Source: Eledone cirrhosa (lineage: Eukaryota). From it: a stretch of 64,000 bases of DNA. Shown here piece by piece: positions 1 to 13,489 of this stretch. Made by a program: the position numbers and the translations under genes. How positions within the stretch are numbered: position 1 is the first letter of the stretch; each line of letters opens with the position of its first letter. The DNA lies in contig OZ024764.1 in NCBI GenBank assembly GCA_964016885.1, positions 3,472,001-3,536,000 on the forward strand. Direction: 5' to 3'. The notes under the pieces were generated by a model. That model had not been told where the DNA came from and made no database searches. It was given only the letters and a program-made list of their open reading frames with translations.

Positions 1-2280
1 GTGGTGTGGTGTGGTGTGGTGCGGTGCGGTGCGGTGTGGTGTGGTGTGGTGTGGTGCGGTGTGGTGTAGTGTGGTGTGGTGTGTGGTGGTGTGGTGTGGT
101 GTGGTGTGGTGTGGTGTAGTGTAGTGTAGTATAGTGTGGTGAGGTGTCGTGTGGTATGGTATAGTGTAGTGTAGTGTGGTGTGGTGTGGTGTAGTGTGGT
201 GTAGTGTAGTGTAGTGTGGTGTGGTGTGGTGTGTGGTGTAGTGTGGTGTGGTGTAGTGTGGTGTAGTGTGGTGTGGTGTGTGGTGGTGTGGTGTGGTGTG
301 GTGTGGTGTAGTGTGGTGTAGTGTAGTGTAGTGTAGTGTAGTGTGGTGTGGTGTGGTGTGTGGTGTAGTGTGGTGTGGTGTGGTGTTGTAGTGTGTGCGG
401 TGCGGTGCGGTGTGTGGTGCGGTTGTGGTGTGTGGGGTAGGGGTGTGGGGTGTGGTGTGGTGTAGTGTGGTGTGTGTGTGGTGGTGTGTGGTGTAGTGTA
501 GTGTAGTGTAGTGTAGTGTAGTGTGGTGTGGTGTGGTGTGGTGTGGTGTGGTGTGGTGTGGTGTGGTGTGGTGTAATGTGGTGTAGTGTGGTGTGTGGGG
601 TGGGGTGGGGTGTGGGGTGGGGTGCGGGGTGGTGTGTGGGGTGTGGTGTGTGGGGTGTGGTGTGGTGTGGTGTGTGGTGTGTGGTGTGGTGTGTGGGGTG
701 TGGTGTGGTGTAGTGTGGTGTGATGTGTGGTGTGTGGGGTGTAGTTTGGTGTGTGTGGTGTGGTGTGGTGTGGTGTGGTGTGGTGTAGTGTGGTGTGGTG
801 TGGTGTAGTGTGGTGTGGTGTGGTGTGTGGGGTGTCGTGTGTGGGGTGCGTGTGTGTGTGTGTGTGGGGGGGGGGGCATGTGTGTGTGAGTGTGACCATG
901 TGTGGTGCGTGTGTGTGTACATGTGTGTCCATGTGTGTACGTATGTGTGTGTGTGTGCATGTGTGTACGTGTGTGTGCGTACATGTGTGTGCGACCTTGT
1001 GTGGTGTGTGTGTGTGTACATGTGTGTGCGTACATGTGTGTGTATGTGTACCTATGTGTGTGTGTACATGTGTGTGTGTGTGTAAATGTGTGTCCATGTG
1101 CGTACGTATGTGTGTGTGTGTGCGTACATGTGTGTGTGTGTGTACCTATGTGTGTGCGTACATGTGTGTGTGTGTGTGTAAATGTGTGTCCATGTGTGTG
1201 TATGTGTACCTATGTGTATGTGTGCATATGTGTGTACATGTGTGCGCGTACATGTGTGTGTGTGTACCTATGTGTGTGTGTACATGTGTGTGTGTGTAAA
1301 TGTGTGTCCATGTGTGTACATATGTGTGTGTGTGTGTACATATGTGTGTGTCTACATGTGTGTGTAAATGTGTGTGCGCACATGTGTGTGTGTGTGTACA
1401 TGTGTGTGTATGTGTACCTATGTGTGTGTGTACATGTGTGTGTGTGTGTAAATGTGTGTCCATGTGTGTACGTATGTGTGTGTGTGTACATATGTGTGTG
1501 CATATGTGTGTACATGTGTGTGTGTACATGTGTGTCTATGTGTACCTATGTGTGTGTGTACATGTGTGTGTGTGTAAATGTGTGTCCATGTGTGTACGTA
1601 TGTGTGTGTGTGTACATATGTGTGTACGTGTGTGTGCGTACATGTGTGTGTGTGTGTGTACCTGTGTGTGTGTGTCCATGTGTGTGTGTGCATATGTGTG
1701 TGCATATGTGTGTACGTGTGTGTGTGTGTACCTGTGTGTGTGTACATGTGTGTGTGTGTGTAAATGTGTGTCCATGTGTGTACGTATGTGTGTGTGTGTA
1801 CATATGTGTGTACGTATGTGTGCATATGTGTGTGTACGTGTGTGTGTGTGTGTACCTATGTGTGTGTGTGTGTAAATGTGTGTACGTATGTGTGTGTGTG
1901 TACATATGTGTGTACATGTGTGTGCGTACATGTGTGTGTATGTGTACCTATGTGTATGTGTACATATATGTGTACGTATGTGTGTGTGTGTACATATATG
2001 TGCATATGTGTGTACGTATGTGTGCATATGTGTGTGTACGTGTGTGTGTGTGTGTGTGTACATGTGTGTGTATGTGTACCTATGTGTGTGTGTACATATA
2101 TGTGCATATGTGTGTACGTATGTGTGTGTGTGTACATATATGTGCATATGTGTGTACGTATGTGTGTGTGTGTGTACATATATGTGCATATGTGTGTACG
2201 TATGTGTGTGTGTGTGTACATATATGTGCATATGTGTGTACGTATGTGTGCATATGTGTGTGTACGTGTGTGTGTGTACA
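1..2280. repeat. GT-rich simple repeat: (GTGTG/GTGTA)n grading into compound (TG)n with TACA/CATA interruptions
   Basis: Directly visible low-complexity array; the overlapping V/C/W-rich ORFs are artefacts. Confidence 0.95.
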
Positions 2281-2530
2281 ATGATATATGCTATCAACAT
2301 AGAGAAGGGAGGGGTGGTGAGCAGCTGGACCCCCCCCCCACCCCCCACCCCGTCACGTGTACCAGCACGAGGTATCTCCTGCTATGACGTCACAACCTGC
2401 TTCTCAATATTGAAGAGGAAAACACCCTCGATGTATATATGTGTGTATATATATATATATATATACATACATATATCTATATTTACATACATACATATAT
2501 ACATACATATATAAATATATATATATATAT

Positions 2531-2577
<47 letters not shown>

Positions 2578-2606
2578 CATACATATATACATAAACATAT
2601 GCATAC

Positions 2607-2637
<31 letters not shown>

Positions 2638-2659
2638 TATATACATACACATATATATA

Positions 2660-2715
<56 letters not shown>

Positions 2716-2898
2716 CATATGCATACATACATATATATATACATACATATATCTGTATTTACATACAAATGCACATACATATATATATATATGTATATAT
2801 ATATATGTATATATATATATGTATATATATATGTATATATATTTCGTTTCTGAATTTGTTTAGCAAAATTCTTTATCTGAAATTGTGTGTTGAAACCG

Positions 2899-3158
2899 AT
2901 ATTGTTATACTTTGGGAGGGTCATGTTGCCACAAAATGGCGTAGGACAGAACAAAGGAGAGGCACAGAAACAAAGAAAGGAATCCCCAGTCACTGAAGAG
3001 GTCACAGAGTGTGTGACGTAAGAACTATGACTATATATAAACAACTATCTGGTTGTGGAACCAACCAACCAACCAGAAATTTATAAATATATAATAAATT
3101 GAAGTGAAAGCAACTGGTGCGTGTGTTTCCTATTGGCAACATGACCCTCCCAAAGTAT

Positions 3159-3166
<8 letters not shown>
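2899..3166 (+). mobile_element. Short fold-back element with 33-bp inverted ends and a degenerate hammerhead-like motif
   Basis: atattgttatactttgggagggtcatgttgcca (2899-2931) is inverted at 3134-3166 and runs into (TA)n; internal agtca-CTGAAGA-g-gtcaca/tgtgac-GTAA-gaac-TA-tgact (2988-3032). Confidence 0.6.
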
Positions 3167-3188
<22 letters not shown>

Positions 3189-3190
<2 letters not shown>

Positions 3191-3599
3191 GGTGGCTGCC
3201 AACTCGTTTTCGAGTACGGCCACTACCTTATATCCATGTAGGAGAACCCCTACCGATGCGCTGAACGAGTGTGACTTTTTAGTCCAGCCAGCGACTTGAA
3301 AACTCTGGTACAAACACTACACTTGCGACAATTATTGACACATAGTGCTGGGCCCATGGTACCATGTGACGACAAGTGCAGAGAGATCTCCAGATATAAA
3401 GCAATGCCTGTGCCGTGAAGCTTTTATAGTGAGCAAAGGCACTGCACAAAGCCAGTCCCACTCTCTTAACCAAGATGATATTTACCAAAAAGAAGAACAA
3501 GTCAACATCATTGGATACCATCAGGGTTGCAGGTGTTATATCAGAGTTTTCCTTCTCCTAGAATACTGCCTTGACAAAGGCTAAGGGGTCATCTCTCCC
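3189..3599 (-). mobile_element. Non-autonomous RTE-derived retroelement (family also at 22744, 41325, 43868, 50783)
   Basis: Near-identical to 43868-44505 and 50783-51240; minus strand encodes a C-terminal Cxx[10 protein letters not shown] zinc-finger remnant and ends in a microsatellite. Confidence 0.8.
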
Positions 3600-3729
3600 A
3601 TATATATATACATACATATATACATATACATATGCATACATACATATATACATATACATATGCATACATACATATATATATATACATACATATATCTATA
3701 TTTACATACATATGCACATACATACATAT

Positions 3730-3800
<71 letters not shown>

Positions 3801-3933
3801 CATACATATATATATGTATATATATATATGTATGTATATATATACATATATATATATATTTTTTTTTCCAAGTGGTGCAGGGAAAAGCGGACGTAAAATG
3901 ATGATGATGATGATTATGATATATATATATATA

Positions 3934-4785
3934 ACGGCAAAGCATAAATGAATTGAGAGAGAGACTGAGCATAAGAGGAATCAAATGCTGTGTGCAGGAG
4001 AGGCGGTTGCGCTGGTATGGACATGTGATGCGTATGAAGGATGACAGCTGCATAAAAAGGTGCAGAGCACTAGAAGTCAATGGAAGCCGCGGAGTGGGGG
4101 AGACCCAAGGAGACCTGGGATGAGGTGATAAAAGCCAACCTTACCCAATTGCACCTCTCAAAGGCAATGACACACGCCCGTGACCTCTGGCGTCACTCAG
4201 TAACACAGAAGACCCGACCCCCCACGGGTACAAGTCGAAGCTGAAGCATATAAACAATATGCCCCGACACCCCCTGCCACTGCAAAGTGGTCGTGGAGGT
4301 GCCACAACAAAAAAGCACCCACCACTCACTGTAAAGTAGTCGTGGAGGTGCCACGGCAAAAAAGCACCCAGCACTCACTGTAAAGTAGTCGTGGAGGTGC
4401 CACGGCAAAAAAGCACCCAGCACTCACTGTAAAGTAGTCGTGGAGGTGCCACGGTAAAAAAGCACCCAGCACTCACTGTAAAGTAGTCGTGGAGGTGCCA
4501 CGGTAAAAAAGCACCCAGCACTCACTGTAAAGTAGTCGTGGAGGTGCCACGGTAAAAAAGCACCCAGCACTCACTGTAAAGTAGTCGTGGAGGTGCCACG
4601 GTAAAAAAGCACCTAGCACTCACTGTAAAGTGGTCGTGGAGGTGCCACGGTAAAAAAGCACCCAGCCCTCACCGTAAAGTAGTCGTGGAGGTGCCACGGT
4701 AAAAAAGCACCCAGCACTCACTGTAGAGTGGTTGTGTAGGCACCACGGCAAAAAAGCACCCAGCCCACACTGTAAAGTGGTCGTA
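3934..4785 (+). mobile_element. 5'-truncated RTE LINE 3' end with about 10 tandem 49-bp 3'-UTR units (4277-4783)
   Basis: Encodes ..[21 protein letters not shown]..; 49-bp period measured at 4323/4372/4421. Confidence 0.85.
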
Positions 4786-5650
4786 AAGAGAACTATGCGG
4801 AGGATATGTCGAGATGATCTGGGGATGTCACCCTATAAGTTCCAAAAGAGGCAGCTTCTTTCTGCAGCCACAATTGAAAAGAGGCTCTCCAGAAGTAAAA
4901 TGTTATTGAACCATATCAAGGTTGGCACGCTGCAAAACATCATCTTTACAGATGAGAAGTTATTCACTGTGCAGCAGTCTCACAATCATCAAAATGATGG
5001 AGTACCTGCAAAAAGTCTCAAATCAATTCCTTCAAGTGAAAGAAAAGTGTTCAGAAACCAGCATCAGTGATGGTTTGGGAAGCCATTTCTGAAAGAGGGA
5101 AGTCTCCTCTGATTTTTGTGCCTCAAGGAGTTAAAATTAACAAAGAACTTTACATGAAGGATATTTTGGAAGGAGCACTGATGCCATGGTGCACATCTGT
5201 TTATGGCGATGACATTTGGACTCTCTAACAAGATGGAGCGATGAGCCACACTCTAGCGTAACACAACAGTGTTGTAGAGACAATTGTCCTGCATGGATCA
5301 GTAAGGAAGAGTGGCCTCTCACATCACCAGATCTCAACCCTCTCGATTTTTCTTTATGGTCAATTCTTGAGAGGGAAGCCTGCTCTACTCCTAGCCAAAA
5401 TATTGAAACTCTAAAATCAAAACTGAATAAAGTATGGGAGAAAATACCCATGGAAACTGTTCGTGCAGCCATCGAAGACTTTCCTAGAAGTCTTCGAGCA
5501 GTAGTGAGAGCTAGAGGAAAACATTTTGAATAAATTTTTGTGCAGTTGTTTAATATTACTTACTATTTGTTGAAGTCAGATCTTGAAATAAATGTTTTTT
5601 TCAAGAACTATTTGCATTTTATTTTGTAACAGTTTTTATGCCCCACCCTG
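4786..5650 (+). mobile_element. Tc1/mariner-superfamily (maT-like) transposase remnant with right TIR
   Basis: Frameshifted motifs IIFTDEKLF, VMVW, QDGA, WP..SPDLNPLDFSLWS; ends ..CACCCTG followed by TA. Confidence 0.85.
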
Positions 5651-5878
5651 TATATCATTTTTATGTTAAAATAATCAAATTAAATTAATTCCACAGTTAA
5701 ACACACATAGGAATAATATGGTTGTTACCAAAGAACCAGAACATTGACAAGTCGACCCTAAATATGACTAATAGCTCTAGGAAAGCCACGAACAACACCA
5801 CATCTTTTTAACTTTAATTTTGAAAGTAGGTTTATCATCATCATCATCATTATTAATTTCCATTATACTTTTGTAGCT

Positions 5879-5950
5879 GTCTCGGTGGCCTAGTTGGAGG
5901 AATCGTAGACTGCGGTGGTCCTGGTCTGAGGTTCGATCCTGGTTGAGAGT
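5879..5950 (+). pseudogene. tRNA-like sequence (SINE head or tRNA pseudogene)
   Basis: A-box TGGCCTAGTTGG, B-box GGTTCGATCC, imperfect acceptor stem tctcgg/ttgaga; anticodon arm does not fold cleanly. Confidence 0.45.
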
Positions 5951-6663
5951 ATGGTTCCTGGTAAACCTTTTCAGTTTTTTTCTATAGGTTGCAAAATAAA
6001 AACTGAAAAAGACTACATGTACCTCTTGACCAAGATTGAATCCAAGGCGTGGTTCAACTGAACCATTGAGCACTTTGCTGCACATTTCGAAGATTGTTTT
6101 TCGTTATTTCGTGGGCCGAAGTTCCGATTCTAAATAATTTTATTTGTATTTTTATATATATAAATGAAAGTATTACAAAGGTAAGGTACCAATCTACCAA
6201 TTTGTCAATCAGGAATTCATATCTACTGTAAGAATTTTAGAGTTCTTTAATAAAGAACACAACATTGTATCTCATTTCAGAAACTAGTAATCATCATCAT
6301 CATCATCATCATTTAACATCCACTTTCCCTACCAGCAAAGGTTGGATGGGTCTACATAGACCAGAGGTTCTCAAACATTTTGGGCCACTGTCCTTCACCC
6401 CTCACAGCCACATAATACCCTCAGTACCCCCGACCCTATTAGGATCTCCACCGTCTCTAATATCTACCGCTAGGCCACTGAGACAGCTACGAAAATCTAC
6501 TGAAAATTCATACTTATAAACCTACTTCCAAAATTTTCAATACAAAATGATGTGGTGTCATTCATGTCTTTCTTAATGTTATTGCTCCTACTTAAGGTCA
6601 ACTTCTAAATCATTTGGGTGTTCCATAACCTACATCCTTGTTTTGTTTCTCATCTATCTAGAC

Positions 6664-7135
6664 CAGGCATGTCAAACATGTGGCCCTTTGGAAGTACACC
6701 TGTGGCCCACACAAAGATTTTTACAGCGCGAGCATGTTTTATTTTCATAATATGAAATATAAAAAAAATTCCTATACGATTGTTTTTTTTGTGCAATTTT
6801 TGTCAACTACTTTTAACTTCCGACGAATCACACGCAGCTCATTAACAGTTGGAAACAGAAAACTTTATTTCAAAATTTCAAAAGTTGTTTCTTTTGAAAT
6901 GGCTAGTGCTCCTCCAGCTAAGAGAAAAAGGAAATTGAATGAAGAAGGGTAAGAGTTTCAAGAAAAGTGGGAATTACAGTATTTTTGCCCAATGGTGAAC
7001 AGAAAGATACACTGTTTAATTTGCAACAACTACATCGCCACGCCAAAAGAGTACAATTTAAAAAGACATTATGAAATGAACCATCAATCTTACGATAAAT
7101 ATGAAGGCCCAATGTGTGTTTCAAGACTCAAGGAA
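6664..7135 (+). mobile_element. hAT (Charlie/SPIN-like) transposon left end with N-terminal transposase remnant
   Basis: TIR CAGGCATGTCAAAC after ATCTAGAC; broken frame KRKRK..FQEKWELQYF..CLICNN..KEYNLKRHY (BED-finger-like); another hAT-like terminus CAGAGGTTCTCAAAC at 6362. Confidence 0.75.
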
Positions 7136-7354
7136 AAAATTATAAAACAGTGAGTGTTTTGGTTGCCAACTCTGTGCAAGACATTTTAGATCATTGGCTG
7201 GGCTAAAAAGCCACATTCGATCGCAATACCATTAATCATTAATATATATATATGGGTGGCTGTGTGTGTATACATATGTATATGTGTATTTTTTTTTTTT
7301 TTTTTTTTATCGTACAATGACCATACTTGATAACGAGGGGGCAGCCATCATATG

Positions 7355-7361
7355 CATCATC

Positions 7362-7393
<32 letters not shown>

Positions 7394-8440
7394 CATCATC
7401 ATCGTTTAACGTCCATATTCCACGCTAGCATGGGTTTGGACAGGAGTTTTCCCACTTGAGGCAAGAGTGGTTGTCTTGCTCGCATAGGACTGTCTGGCGG
7501 GTTTTCTACGGCTGGATGCCCTTCCTAACACCAACCACATTTACAGTGTGGGGCTGGGAGGTTTTTACCGTGTTGCCTACACGGCCACATTACAGCGTGG
7601 ACTGTCTGGCGGGTTTTCTACAGCTGGATGCCCTTCCTAACACCAACCACGTTTACAGTGTGGGGCTGGGAGGTTTTTACCGTGTTGCCTACACGGCCAC
7701 ATTACAGCGTGGACTGTCTGGCGGGTTTTCTACGGCTGGATGCCCTTCCTAACACCAACCACGTTTACAGTGTGGGGCTGGGAGGTTTTTACCGTGTTAC
7801 CTACACGGCCACATTACAGCGTGGACTGTCTGGCGGGTTTTCTACGGCTGGATGCCCTTCCTAACACCAACCACGTTTACAGTGTGGAACTAGGAGGTTT
7901 TTACCGTGTTGCCTACACGGCCACATTACAGCGTGGACTGTGTGTTTCTTTTGTCGTGACACCTACACGACCTCATTTGTTTAGGGCTGGATGTTGTGGT
8001 ACCAACATAACTTTACATTGAAAGGGGTGGTGTGGATGGGTTGTTGGTAGTGGGACGGAGGTGTATTTTGTTAGAGGTGCCTACTGACTGTAGTAGGTTT
8101 CACTTTGTATTTAGGTAAGGCGGGTCTTCTCTATTACTGAGTACCGCCAAAGATCTCGGTCCAGTGACATTGTCTTGGAGAGGTGTAAGTGTGTGAGGTC
8201 GGAATTTATCAAGTCGTCCCAGGTTTTTCTGGGTCTGCCTACTCCGTGGCTACCGTGTATTTTTATTGCCCTGCACTTTTTTATACAGCTGTCGTCTTTC
8301 ATGTGCATCACGTGACCATACCAACGTAGCCTTCTCTCGAGTAAACAACATCTGATCCCTCTTATTCCTAATTTTTCCCTTAGTTCGTTTATGCTTTGCC
8401 GTTCACATATATTACTATTACACATCCAGCGGAGCATGCA
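7355..8440 (-). mobile_element. 5'-truncated RTE LINE with (GAT)n tail and four 112-bp tandem 3'-UTR units (7487-7941)
   Basis: ORF 8111-8617(-) contains [24 protein letters not shown]; matches 41487-43518. Confidence 0.9.
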
Positions 8441-8664
8441 TATATTTATATATATATATATATAGAGAGAGAGATATATATATAGACTGAAGTAAAAGTT
8501 TGGTAGAAATATCCAAGAGTAAGAGCACTTAGTCCATAGGACGAGTTTAGTATAAATAATTACAACAGTGACATAAAAAAGGGACTTAGGATGAAAGAGT
8601 TGGAGTCCAGAACCCAATGAAACTTGAGTATTTGGTTATGTCACTGTTGTAATTATTTTTATAC

Positions 8665-8820
8665 ATGGGTAGAGGTGGTGAGAGCTGACCTCAGATCGCT
8701 GAAGCTCACAGAGGAGATGACGAAGGACCGTGACGAATGGAGAGATGCTGTGCTGAATAGGACCCATCCCACCCTTGCAAGCAGGGAAAAACGGACAAAA
8801 AATGATGAAATGACGATGAT
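8665..8820 (+). mobile_element. 3' end of a second RTE family
   Basis: TWVEVVRADLRSLKLTEEMTKDRDEWR followed by (GAT)n; also at 17794-17947, 12593-13412 and 26921-27381. Confidence 0.8.
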
Positions 8821-9155
8821 ACATATATATCATCATCATCATCATCATCATCATCATCTTTTTACGTTGTGTGTGTGTGTGTGCATGTATGTTTTATGTG
8901 TGTGTATATGTATGCTTTGGGATAGCTGGCTGACAATGATCTTGGCCTCATTTCAACAATAAGAATCTGTTGGTATGAATGTATGTAGGTATGTGTAAAT
9001 ATTTATACTTGTGAATGTATGTATATAGGTAGGTACAAATGTGTATGTATATATATATATGTGGATGGGTAGGTACATGTCTGTATATATGTGTATGTAT
9101 GTGTATATATATGTATATATATATATAAGTAGTTAGGTAGATCTGTGAATGTATG

Positions 9156-9245
<90 letters not shown>

Positions 9246-9349
9246 CACATACATACACAACGTACCTACCTACATATATATATATATATATATATACATA
9301 CATACATTCACAGATGTGTATCTAACTATATGTACCTAAATATGTGTAC

Positions 9350-9413
<64 letters not shown>

Positions 9414-9415
9414 GC

Positions 9416-9478
<63 letters not shown>

Positions 9479-9696
9479 TATATATATATATATGTAGGTA
9501 GGTACATGTATATATGTGTATGTATGTGTATATATATACATATGTATGTATGTAGGTAGGTACATATGTGTGTGTATGTGAATGTATGTATGTATATATA
9601 CATATATATATATATGTATGTAGGTAGATACACGTGAGTGTGTATGTATATGTACATATGTGTATGTATATATATATATATATGTATGTATATATG

Positions 9697-9737
<41 letters not shown>

Positions 9738-9740
9738 ATG

Positions 9741-9771
<31 letters not shown>

Positions 9772-9842
9772 ATATGTACATGTATGTATATATATGTATG
9801 TATATATGTACATGTATATATATATATAGATGTATGTGTATG

Positions 9843-9875
<33 letters not shown>

Positions 9876-9926
9876 ATATGTACATGTATATATATATATA
9901 TATGTATGTATATATGTACATGTATG

Positions 9927-9959
<33 letters not shown>

Positions 9960-10291
9960 AGATATATATGTGTGCATATTAAGACAACTAAGGAAATATC
10001 TAATAATAGATATAGGCCATAAACAATGTGCGTATGTGTTTATATGTATATATACATTCACTATATATATATATATATACACACATATGTATATGTACAT
10101 TTATATACACAGACAGACAAATATATATGTATATATATCTTACACACATATAGATATGTATATATATATATATATATATTTATATACACACACACATATG
10201 TATATATACATTTACTATATATATATATATATACACACACATATGTATATATACATTCACTATATATATATATATATATACACACGCACAC

Positions 10292-10348
<57 letters not shown>

Positions 10349-10374
10349 AGTGTGTGTGTGTGTGTAGCTTGGCA

Positions 10375-10420
<46 letters not shown>

Positions 10421-10453
10421 ATGTGTATGTGTGTGGTGTAGTTTGGCAGTGTG

Positions 10454-10486
<33 letters not shown>

Positions 10487-10498
10487 AGTTTGGCAGTG

Positions 10499-10559
<61 letters not shown>

Positions 10560-10571
10560 TTTGGCAGTGTG

Positions 10572-10603
<32 letters not shown>

Positions 10604-10719
10604 GTGTAGTTTGGCAGTGTGCCAGGCTAGAGTACGAAAGAGAGAGATGGTACCTTCTACCCAAGACGAGAGGGAGGGGGAAGAAGGAGTGAGATAGGGA
10701 GTAACAGAGAGGGAGTGAG

Positions 10720-11351
10720 AGGGAGAGAGAGAGATGCTACCTTCTCAAGAGAGAGAGGGAGAGAGAGAGAGATGCTACCTTCTAAAGACAGAGAGAGAGA
10801 GAGAGATGCTATCTTCTCAAGAGAGAGAGAGAGAGAGAGAGAGATTCTACCTTCTCAAGAGAGAGGGGAGAGAGAGAGAGATGCTACCTTCTAAAGACAG
10901 AGAGAGAGAGAGCGAGAGAGAGAGAGATGCTATCTTCTCAAGCGAGAGAGAGAGAGAGATGCTACCTTCTAAAGAGAGAGAGAGATGCTACCTTCTAAAG
11001 AGAGAGATAGAGATGCTACCTTCTCAAGAGAGAGAGAGAGAGAGAGAGAGAGATGCTACCTTCTAGAGAGAGAGAGAGATGCTACCTTCTAGAGAGAGAG
11101 CGAGAGAGAGATGCTACCTTCTAGAGAGAGAGAGAGAGAGAGATGCTACCTTCTAGAGAGAGAGAGAGAGAGAGAGAGATGCTACCTTCTAGAGAGAGAG
11201 AGAGAGAGAGAGAGAGATGCTACCTTCTAGAGAGAGAGAGAGAGAGAGATGCTACCTTCTAGAGAGAGAGAGAGAGAGAGATGCTACCTTCTAGAGAGAG
11301 AGAGAGAGATGCTACCTTCTAGAGAGAGAGAGAGAGAGAGATGCTACCTTC

Positions 11352-11399
<48 letters not shown>

Positions 11400-11687
11400 C
11401 AGAGAGAGAGATGCTACCTTCTAAAGAGAGAGAGAGAGAGAGAGAGAGAGACGGAGAGAGAGATGCTACCTTCTCAAGATGAGAGAGAGAGAGAGAGATG
11501 CTACCTTCTAAAGAGAGAGACAGAGAGAGAGATGCTACCTTCTAAAGAGAGAGAGAGAGAGAGACAGAGAGAGAGATGCTACCTTCTCAAGACAGAGAGA
11601 GAGAGAGAGATGCTACCTTCTAAAGAGAGAGAGAGAGAGAGAGATGTTACCTTCTCAAGAGAGAGAGAGAGAGAGATGCTACCTTCT

Positions 11688-11721
<34 letters not shown>

Positions 11722-11807
11722 TATCTTCTCAAGAGAGAGACAGAGAGAGAGATGCTACCTTCTAAAGAGAGAGAGAGAGAGAGACAGAGAGAGAGATGCT
11801 ACCTTCT

Positions 11808-11843
<36 letters not shown>

Positions 11844-11935
11844 TACCTTCTCAAGAGAGAGAGAGAGAGACAGAGAGAGATGCTACCTTCTCGAGAGAGA
11901 GAAAGAGAGACAGAGAGAGAGATGCTACCTTCTCA

Positions 11936-11970
<35 letters not shown>

Positions 11971-12131
11971 TGCTACCTTCTCAAGAGAGAGAGAGAGAAA
12001 GAGAGACAGAGAGAGAGATGCTACCTTCTCAAGAGAGAGAGAGAGAAAGAGAGACAGAGAGAGAGATGCTACCTTCTCAAGAGAGAGAGAGAGAAAGAGA
12101 GACAGAGAGAGAGATGCTACCTTCTCAAGAC
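10720..12131. repeat. Compound minisatellite GATGCTACCTTCT(C/A)AA-(GA)n
   Basis: A constant ~16-nt core repeated dozens of times with variable (GA)n spacers. Confidence 0.95.
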
Positions 12132-12144
12132 AAATGGTGTAGAG

Positions 12145-12260
12145 AAACACAACAATGACTAAGAAGCTAAACTTAGTAATTGTTGACCTGGAAAACCTTA
12201 CTGATGGCATACCTTCACACATACTTTTGTGGTTGCTATGGAAACTAACCATAGATGCAA
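12145..12260 (+). pseudogene. Old, degenerate RTE reverse-transcriptase fragment
   Basis: Translates KKLNLVIVDLENLTDGIPSHILLWLLWKLTID, which aligns with RPLYLAFVDLEKAFDRVPRSIIWWALRKLGVD of the 41.5-kb RTE. Confidence 0.5.
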
Positions 12261-12592
12261 CAATTCCTTTTCAGACCTTGCACTCCCGGGTCCCAAGTGG
12301 TGGAGGAGCATTAGAAAATCGGTAATTTTTCTAGGATGTCTCTGCTGATTTTTATAAAAAACCAAAATTAGTCGTTTAGTTTGCATATTGAGACCGCCAA
12401 CCGATCCTATTTATTTTATAACATGGGATTTCTAGTTATGTACTTTTTTTTTTATCATGTATAATGTTTATTAATGTCTAAAGACAATTGTTGCAGGTAT
12501 GCTACTACTTAAAATAAAGTTTCACCTGAGGTAGATTAGTAAAATTCAATAAGTTGGGGGAATATTACAAGGTGATACTTTAGCACTGTATT

Positions 12593-13412
12593 TCATCATC
12601 ATCATCATCATTTTACGTCCACTTTTCCCTGCTTGCAAGGATGGGATGGGTCCTATTCAGCACAGCATCTCTCCACTTGTCACGGTCCTTCGTCATCTCC
12701 TCCGTGAGTTTCGGTGATCTGAGGTCAGCTCTCACCACCTCCGTCCATGTTTTTCATGGTCTTCCTTCTACTTGGTTTTGTTGGCACTTCTTTAGCCAGT
12801 GGTCATCCTCCATACACATCACATGTCCATACCATCACAGTCTTCTCTCCCGCACACCACAACTTATCCCTCTTATACACAGTTTCTCTCTCAACTCATC
12901 ACATGTCCATACCATCTCAGTCTTCTCTCCCACACACTACAACTTATCCCTCTTATACACATCACATGTCCATACCATCTCAGTCTTCTCTCCCACACAC
13001 TACACCTTATCCCTCTTATACACATCACATGTCCATACCATCTCAGTCTTCTCTCCCACACACTACACCTTATCCCTCTTATACACATCACATGTCCATA
13101 CCATCTCAGTCTTCTCTCCCACACACTACAACTTATCCCTCTTATACACAGTTTCTCTCTCAACACATCACATGTCCATACCATCTCAGTCTTCTCTCCC
13201 GCACACTACAGTTTCTCTCTCAACTCATCTATACTCGCTCGTTCACACACATTGACATTGCACATCCAACGGAGCATGCTTGCTTCATTTCTCTCCAGCC
13301 GTTGCATATCCTCTACAGTTGCTGCCCATGTCTCACTAACATGCAGCATCGCGCATTTCACACAGGCGTCATCTAACTGGCCTTTCGTTCGTAGGGAGAA
13401 AAACTTTTTGTC
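12593..13412 (-). mobile_element. Truncated RTE LINE with internal 63-bp tandem duplications
   Basis: ORFs 13206-13442(-) and 12891-13184(-); the 21-aa block [18 protein letters not shown](R/S)CS is repeated. Confidence 0.85.
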
Positions 13413-13489
13413 AACGTAAAAACAAAAACAAACAGTGAGCACATATCACTAAAATGTTCTCAAAATAATTAATATCAAAATCCAAGATT

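Noticed and set aside
1-865. Telomeric repeat
   Set aside because: Units are GTGTG/GTGTA, not TTAGGG-like
528-2514. Cys/Val/His/Thr-rich and Tyr/Ile-rich ORFs here and at 22919-24960, 31933-41327 and 44382-47910
   Set aside because: Microsatellite read-through
5879-5950. Functional tRNA gene
   Set aside because: A and B boxes are present but the arms are degenerate; kept only as tRNA-like
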